Source of the DNA: Candidatus Poseidoniaceae archaeon
Lineage (GTDB): Archaea > Thermoplasmatota > Poseidoniia > Poseidoniales > Poseidoniaceae
DNA: 64,000 bases
NCBI GenBank assembly: GCA_028356125.1
Contig: JAOMTZ010000006.1
Location: 3,350-67,349, forward strand
Direction: 5' to 3'
Below the pieces are notes generated by a model. It made no database searches. It saw only the letters and a program-made list of their open reading frames with translations, and had not been told where the DNA came from. A program made the position numbers and the translations under genes. Shown here piece by piece: positions 59,063 through 64,000 of this stretch (its first letter is position 1; every line of letters starts with the position of its first letter).

Positions 59063-59142
59063 GAGGGCCCGTAGGGCCCCTCACAATGGCGAAAGGTCAT
59101 AACCGAGGGTAACCGTGTCTTGGGTGTCAGGGGGTTCTACAT

Positions 59143-60666
59143 ATGGCAAAAAAAAGTGGAGGTGGCCAAAAGAGGCAGCGCAACCAACAACGTGCAATGT
59201 ACGATGAACTTGACAAGTATCCGGTTATGCCACCGCATGCTTTCGCTCGAATTGTCCGCGATAAGAGGACACTGAACATCATTTACCAAATTATTGAGCC
59301 TCCATTGAACAAGAAAGAGCAAGAATGGAGGGATGAACTGTTAGACATCTTCATCCGCTCACTAACTGCAGATATCGAAGAAATCGATGCGGATCCTACT
59401 GCTTATCTGCGAACTGCAATGGATAAAGTCATCAAAGCATATGGGCTTAAGATAAACAAAAAGTCGAAATCAAAGCTATTCTACTATCTCAGAAGAGATC
59501 TGGTGGGGTACGGTAAAATGGACGTTCTAATGAACGACGCCAACGTAGAAGACGTATCTCTCGACGGTACAAATGTACCAATTTTCGCTTACCATCGTAA
59601 GTTCGAATCAGTGGAAACAACCTGTGTTTGGGAAACTGACCATGAATTGGAATCATATGTTATCAAGTTGGCACAGCGATGTGGTAAGCACATTTCAGTT
59701 GCTGACCCGCTACTGGATGCTACCCTGATGGACGGTTCGAGAATTGTCATGAAGTTGGGCCGTGAAGTTTCTACTCGTGGTTCAGCATTCTGTATTCGAA
59801 GATTCAAAGACGACCCGTTTTCTCCTTGCGACATCATCGCTTTCCGAACATTATCATCATTGATGGGTGCATATCTTTGGGTCGCTTTCCAAAATGAAGT
59901 TCCAATGCTATTCGTAGGTGGTACTGCATCTGGAAAGACAACTACACTGAACGCAATGTGTATCTTTATTCCATGGCAGATGAAGATTGTAAGTATTGAA
60001 TCAACTCGTGAAGTAAACATTCCTCAACCAAACTGGGTTCCTGGTTTGACAAGACAAGGTTTCGGAGGAGAATCCAATGAAGGAGAAATCGGAGAATTCG
60101 AGTTGCTAAAGGCTGCTCTTCGTGAACGACCTGAATACATTATCGTGGGTGAAATCCGTGGTGCAGAGGCATATGTTCTGTTCCAGGCGATGGCTACAGG
60201 TCACTGTGCATACTCCACAGTGCACGCGGATTCAGTCGCTTCACTCGTTCACCGTCTTGAGAACAAACCAATTGACATACCTCGTGTTCTACTACCTGCT
60301 CTTGAAGCATGTGTTATTCAAATTCAGACCCGTATTAACGGCAGACGTGTAAGAAGAAGTAAACAAATCGTCGAGATTGTTGGTATTGATCCAAACTCAT
60401 TGGAAATAATTACCAACGAAGTATTCCGATGGAATGTAGCAAACGATGACTTCATCTTCTCTGGTAAGTCATACGTATTGGAGAAGATTATGGTTAAAAT
60501 CAATTATAGTCAAGATGAGATGCGTAGAGAGTTGAGGACAAGAAAGAGAATCCTTGAGTGGATGGTTCTGAATGATATACGAAAGGCTGACCAAGTTAGC
60601 CAGATAATCACTGAATACTATGTGCGCCCGCACGAGATTCTAGCACGTGTTGACGGTCTACGTTGA
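59143..60666 (+). CDS. Archaeal type IV pilus assembly ATPase (PilB/ArlI-like)
   Basis: Y.IIEPPL, GGTASGKTT, IESTRE, ALRERPEYIIVGEIRG and TGH..YSTVHA. Confidence 0.93.
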   Translation: MAKKSGGGQKRQRNQQRAMYDELDKYPVMPPHAFARIVRDKRTLNIIYQIIEPPLNKKEQEWRDELLDIFIRSLTADIEEIDADPTAYLRTAMDKVIKAYGLKINKKSKSKLFYYLRRDLVGYGKMDVLMNDANVEDVSLDGTNVPIFAYHRKFESVETTCVWETDHELESYVIKLAQRCGKHISVADPLLDATLMDGSRIVMKLGREVSTRGSAFCIRRFKDDPFSPCDIIAFRTLSSLMGAYLWVAFQNEVPMLFVGGTASGKTTTLNAMCIFIPWQMKIVSIESTREVNIPQPNWVPGLTRQGFGGESNEGEIGEFELLKAALRERPEYIIVGEIRGAEAYVLFQAMATGHCAYSTVHADSVASLVHRLENKPIDIPRVLLPALEACVIQIQTRINGRRVRRSKQIVEIVGIDPNSLEIITNEVFRWNVANDDFIFSGKSYVLEKIMVKINYSQDEMRRELRTRKRILEWMVLNDIRKADQVSQIITEYYVRPHEILARVDGLR

Positions 60667-60696
60667 TACAAATAATATGATATGGAGGTGTGATGA

Positions 60697-61716
60697 ATGG
60701 AATTAACTGCTTGGCAAAAAATCTGCCACAGAATTCTAGGCCGTGCTTTCAAGAAGCGAGCACGAAACGACAAAAAACTCTCTGATGATCTTGTCAAAGG
60801 GAACCTGCCGATAATGCCCGAAGTTTATCTGGCACAAGTTTTCGTAACTACCGTTGCTGTTGCGATTATCTGTGGTATGCTCCTTGGTGCAATATTCATG
60901 CCCGATATTGGTCTAATCGATTGGTATGAGTCCAGGCCCGATGTCTCATTCGCTCAGGCCTGCTATGAGTGGGAATATTGGAATGGAGACCTTGTTGATG
61001 AAACACTTGAGAGCAGAGGATGCCCATACTATCAGTACATGGAGTTCCCTATCTTCGCAAAGTTAGGACTTCCAATCGTTCTTGGGTTCTTAGTTCCATT
61101 TGGTACATTCAGATACCTGAAAGGCGCTGCCGCAAGAGCAGCTAAACTTCGTGGAGTCGCACTAGAGAAGTTCCTGCCATATGCTGCATCTTATACCGCT
61201 GCAATGGCTGCAGCAAATGCAACACCTCACAAGATTTTCAAATCTTTAGCACTGAATGGTGACATCTACGGAGAGATTGCTTACGACTCTGCAATGATTT
61301 ATCGAGACGTTTCATTATTAGGTTACGATCTTCTTACCGCTATGAAAATGGCTGTTGATAGAGCAGCGTCGCCGTGGATGACAGAGTTCTTCCAAGGAAT
61401 GGTCGGAACATTAACTGCTGGAGGTTCATTGAAATTGTATTTCTTAAATCGTGCTGAACACTACATGCGTGAGAACAGAACTAGGTTACACGAGTTCCTT
61501 GAATCATTAGCAATGTTAGCTGAATCATATGTTGTAGTGGCAGTTGCTATGCCTCTGTTCCTAATTGTTATGCTCGTAATTATGTTCTGGGTTAGCGGTG
61601 CAGGTGCACAAATGGAAGAGAGTACATTGTACTTGGTTGTGCTATTGGTGCTACCTATGATTCACGCAATGTTTGCTTTCATTGTATGGTCGTCTAGTGA
61701 AGAACAAAAAATGTGA
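60697..61716 (+). CDS. Type II secretion system F (TadC/ArlJ-like) platform protein
   Basis: LEKFLPYAASY, YGEIA, G.DLLTA and L.MLAESY followed by TMs. Confidence 0.87.
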   Translation: MELTAWQKICHRILGRAFKKRARNDKKLSDDLVKGNLPIMPEVYLAQVFVTTVAVAIICGMLLGAIFMPDIGLIDWYESRPDVSFAQACYEWEYWNGDLVDETLESRGCPYYQYMEFPIFAKLGLPIVLGFLVPFGTFRYLKGAAARAAKLRGVALEKFLPYAASYTAAMAAANATPHKIFKSLALNGDIYGEIAYDSAMIYRDVSLLGYDLLTAMKMAVDRAASPWMTEFFQGMVGTLTAGGSLKLYFLNRAEHYMRENRTRLHEFLESLAMLAESYVVVAVAMPLFLIVMLVIMFWVSGAGAQMEESTLYLVVLLVLPMIHAMFAFIVWSSSEEQKM

Positions 61717-61731
61717 TCAGGAGGTGAGATA

Positions 61732-63243
61732 TTGGCACGCAAGAAGGAAAAAATTATTGTAAAACTCGACTTACCTAAAGACGATTCTACACTAACAAAG
61801 TTGTATGCTATACTCGCAGTTAGCATCTTCATGGGTTTGGCCTGCTTCGCATTCTGGTTGACAAACTCTCACTTTACCACTTCACCAAACGGGCAACCAC
61901 TTTTCGTTAACACCGTTTGTAAATATGACATGAATTACATTCCTACTTACACAGATAACGAATCTTGTTCGATTCTTAAAGACGAACCTGATTCATTAGT
62001 CATGAGCCCTGAAGATCCATGGACAGATTTCCTTACTCTAGGTCAGATGTTCGATGTACCTGGAATGGATGAAAATATTACCACTGCAGGTCCGCCTCAG
62101 CCACTCACTGGGACGTGTTCTGTTAGTACGGCAGTTCCTTCCGATTATTCATTCATTATTTACGACCCATATGGGAGTGAAATTACTCGGTACTCAGGTA
62201 ATACCAAGTCTAAGGATGACAACTGTGAGTTGTTCATTGCTGATATGGAAAGAGGAAACATGTATCAGTTGGTGATCTTATCTCAAGAGGAAGTACAAGA
62301 GGCGTCATACCGTTTAGAAATGGATTATTATGATGGCATTCCAGAGAATATGAATAACAAGTCCCAATGGATTGGACCAGAAGTAAACCTTGGTGGTTTT
62401 TCCTTCAGGCCAACAATCTTCCTCAATTTCTTTGGTTTAGGATTCTTCATAACATTCTGGCCGGCTTCATTCTATTGGGATAAAGTAAAGGAAAGGACCA
62501 ACAGAATGGAAGAGAAGTTCCCTGATTTCTTGAGAGATCTTGCTGAATACTGGAAAGGAGGTCTGTCCATGACAGTTGCAGTTCAGACGTTGGCGACGAG
62601 TGAATACGGTGCCCTGAATCACGAAGTTAAGAAAATGAGTGACCAACTTTCTTGGGGTGTAGCATTCGGCGACGTTATCGAAATGTTTGCTGTAAGAGTA
62701 GGTACTCCACTGGTAATGCGTGCGATTTCGTTAATATCTGAAGCAAATAGGGCAGGAGGTAAGATTTCTGATATCTTGGTAACTGCTGCAAATGACAGTC
62801 GAGAAATTAAGTTCCTTGAGGGTGAACGTAAACGTTCAATTTCATCTTATATTTCGGTTATTTGGACTTCGTACGGGGTTTTCCTAGGTGTTATTGTCGT
62901 ACTGGCTAAGGTTTTCATTCCAGCTATCGCAGGTTCAAACTCCGAACCTAGTGATGATGGAGACGCAGGAGGAGGCCAACAGTTGGGTAACATGGTTATC
63001 CGTAATATTGAGCCACTATTCTTCCTTACAATTTTCTATTATGGAGTAACTATGCAAGCCTTAGGTAATGGTTTGATGGCTGGATTGATGGCTACTGGCC
63101 GATTTACTAGCGGAATGAAGCACTCAGGAATGATGATTCTGATGGCAATGCTTTGTTTCAATATCATTGTATTTACTCCAGATCTGATTGGTATCACTAC
63201 CCTGCCTGCTCTGAAACCAGCAGCAGGAACGTTTACGCCATGA
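61732..63243 (+). CDS. Type II secretion system F (TadC-like) platform protein with inserted extracellular domain
   Basis: MEEKFPDFLRDLAE, YGALNHEV...WG, GGKISDIL and GLMAG.M..G...SGMKH. TTG start after GGAGGTG. Confidence 0.87.
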   Translation: MARKKEKIIVKLDLPKDDSTLTKLYAILAVSIFMGLACFAFWLTNSHFTTSPNGQPLFVNTVCKYDMNYIPTYTDNESCSILKDEPDSLVMSPEDPWTDFLTLGQMFDVPGMDENITTAGPPQPLTGTCSVSTAVPSDYSFIIYDPYGSEITRYSGNTKSKDDNCELFIADMERGNMYQLVILSQEEVQEASYRLEMDYYDGIPENMNNKSQWIGPEVNLGGFSFRPTIFLNFFGLGFFITFWPASFYWDKVKERTNRMEEKFPDFLRDLAEYWKGGLSMTVAVQTLATSEYGALNHEVKKMSDQLSWGVAFGDVIEMFAVRVGTPLVMRAISLISEANRAGGKISDILVTAANDSREIKFLEGERKRSISSYISVIWTSYGVFLGVIVVLAKVFIPAIAGSNSEPSDDGDAGGGQQLGNMVIRNIEPLFFLTIFYYGVTMQALGNGLMAGLMATGRFTSGMKHSGMMILMAMLCFNIIVFTPDLIGITTLPALKPAAGTFTP

Positions 63244-63253
63244 GGTGGATTAA

Positions 63254-63691
63254 TTGCAGAATGATGAAAACGCCCAAATTCACATCCTTGAGATGCTGAC
63301 TTTGTTCTGGTTGTTTTTCATGACAGCGGCATTTCTTATCACAGTCCATGTTCCAGATGAAGTTAGTATTTCCATCGATGCAGAAATGCAATTCGCTGGA
63401 GAAGATGCGATAAACCTCGGAATGGGAACAAATGCTACAGATGTCGATTACGAATCTAGGCTAGCAGAACTTCTTGGAAGCGGTGAAAAAGATCAGGCCT
63501 GTGAGTTAGTTCAGAGTTATATCGCGACAGGAATCGAAGCGAACTGCTGGCTAGCCAAAGACTCAGGTACTTCACAACCTCATGGTGAGGTTGCAACACC
63601 AGGTTCTAGCACAGTAAATGCACATGGATTAATTGCCGTAGATGACCACATTTGGACGATAAGTCTCGATTTATGGGAGCGTGGCTCATGA
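63254..63691 (+). CDS. Pilin-like protein with class III signal peptide
   Basis: MQNDENAQ-IHILE followed by a hydrophobic helix, with Glu near +5. Lies in the pilus operon. GAGGTG SD. Confidence 0.65.
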   Translation: MQNDENAQIHILEMLTLFWLFFMTAAFLITVHVPDEVSISIDAEMQFAGEDAINLGMGTNATDVDYESRLAELLGSGEKDQACELVQSYIATGIEANCWLAKDSGTSQPHGEVATPGSSTVNAHGLIAVDDHIWTISLDLWERGS

Positions 63692-64000
63692 TGCGCTCTA
63701 GTGGTAAGGATGACAAGGGACAGATGCTATTGGCAACCGGCGTAGTTCTGATGATGTCTTTGCTATCAATGGCTATTTTTGGTGTTAAAATGGCTGGGAT
63801 TTCTATGCCATATGATTCTGCAGGAGATGACACAATCAAGGCGTCAGCTGAAGTTGCAAACAGTTTACCTTCGCTCACCGAAAGCCGTGCTCAAATATGG
63901 TATGACTCGGGGCTATCTGAATTTGAGAGTGTTGAGAAATCAATCAGTTCGCTGCATGACGATATTCTACACCACGGAGAGATTAGGGGTGTTGAATTGA
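63688..64000 (+). CDS. Pilin-like protein with class III signal peptide (partial, absent from ORF track)
   Basis: ATGA overlap with the previous stop. Reads MMRSSGKDDKGQ-MLLATGVVLMMSLLSMAIFG... and stays open to the window end. Confidence 0.7.
   Translation, partial: MMRSSGKDDKGQMLLATGVVLMMSLLSMAIFGVKMAGISMPYDSAGDDTIKASAEVANSLPSLTESRAQIWYDSGLSEFESVEKSISSLHDDILHHGEIRGVEL

Noticed and set aside
59143-63243. Archaellum (arlIJ) operon
   Set aside because: There are two separate TadC-like genes and no arlH/F/G or archaellin nearby, which fits a pilus system better.
63779-64000. 73-aa ORF in the track
   Set aside because: It is in the wrong frame. The pilin-like frame starting at 63688 is better supported.
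1-64000. tRNA, rRNA, transposase or integrase genes
   Set aside because: No cloverleaf or T-loop signatures were seen in the short spacers and no DDE, HUH or tyrosine-recombinase motifs in the ORFs. This was checked by eye only, so tRNAscan-SE and Infernal should confirm it.

Overview
Gene-dense archaeal chromosome segment. The archaeal markers are rpS8e, SRP19, deoxyhypusine synthase, Bud32, CDC48/VCP, geranylgeranyl reductase and class III signal-peptide pilins. The many acidic secreted proteins and bacterial-type catabolic genes suggest Marine Group II / Poseidoniales, but this is inference, not a database result. About 58 CDSs were called. They include a mycobacterial Sdh1-like ('type F') succinate dehydrogenase operon, a leucine-catabolism carboxylase cluster, UbiD/UbiA-GGR-CcmF genes, UvrB, NadA and a type IV pilus locus that runs off the right end. 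No rRNA, tRNA, CRISPR array, transposase or integrase was recognised. The most interesting signals are four. (1) An AT-rich islet at about 42.6-46.3 kb carries a two-gene GIY-YIG nuclease + uracil-DNA-glycosylase-superfamily operon, a candidate anti-virus system against modified bases. (2) The spacers of that islet carry about 10 copies of a TDCARWGGG motif in hairpins, plus GACTTGGWTCA direct repeats. (3) A completely cysteine-free Mrp/NBP35 ATPase has its Fe-S-binding CxxC replaced by an Ig-like insert and sits next to a CPCxxC DUF971 protein. (4) A dispersed family of GC-rich triloop (GTA/TAC) palindromes lies at or near gene starts.
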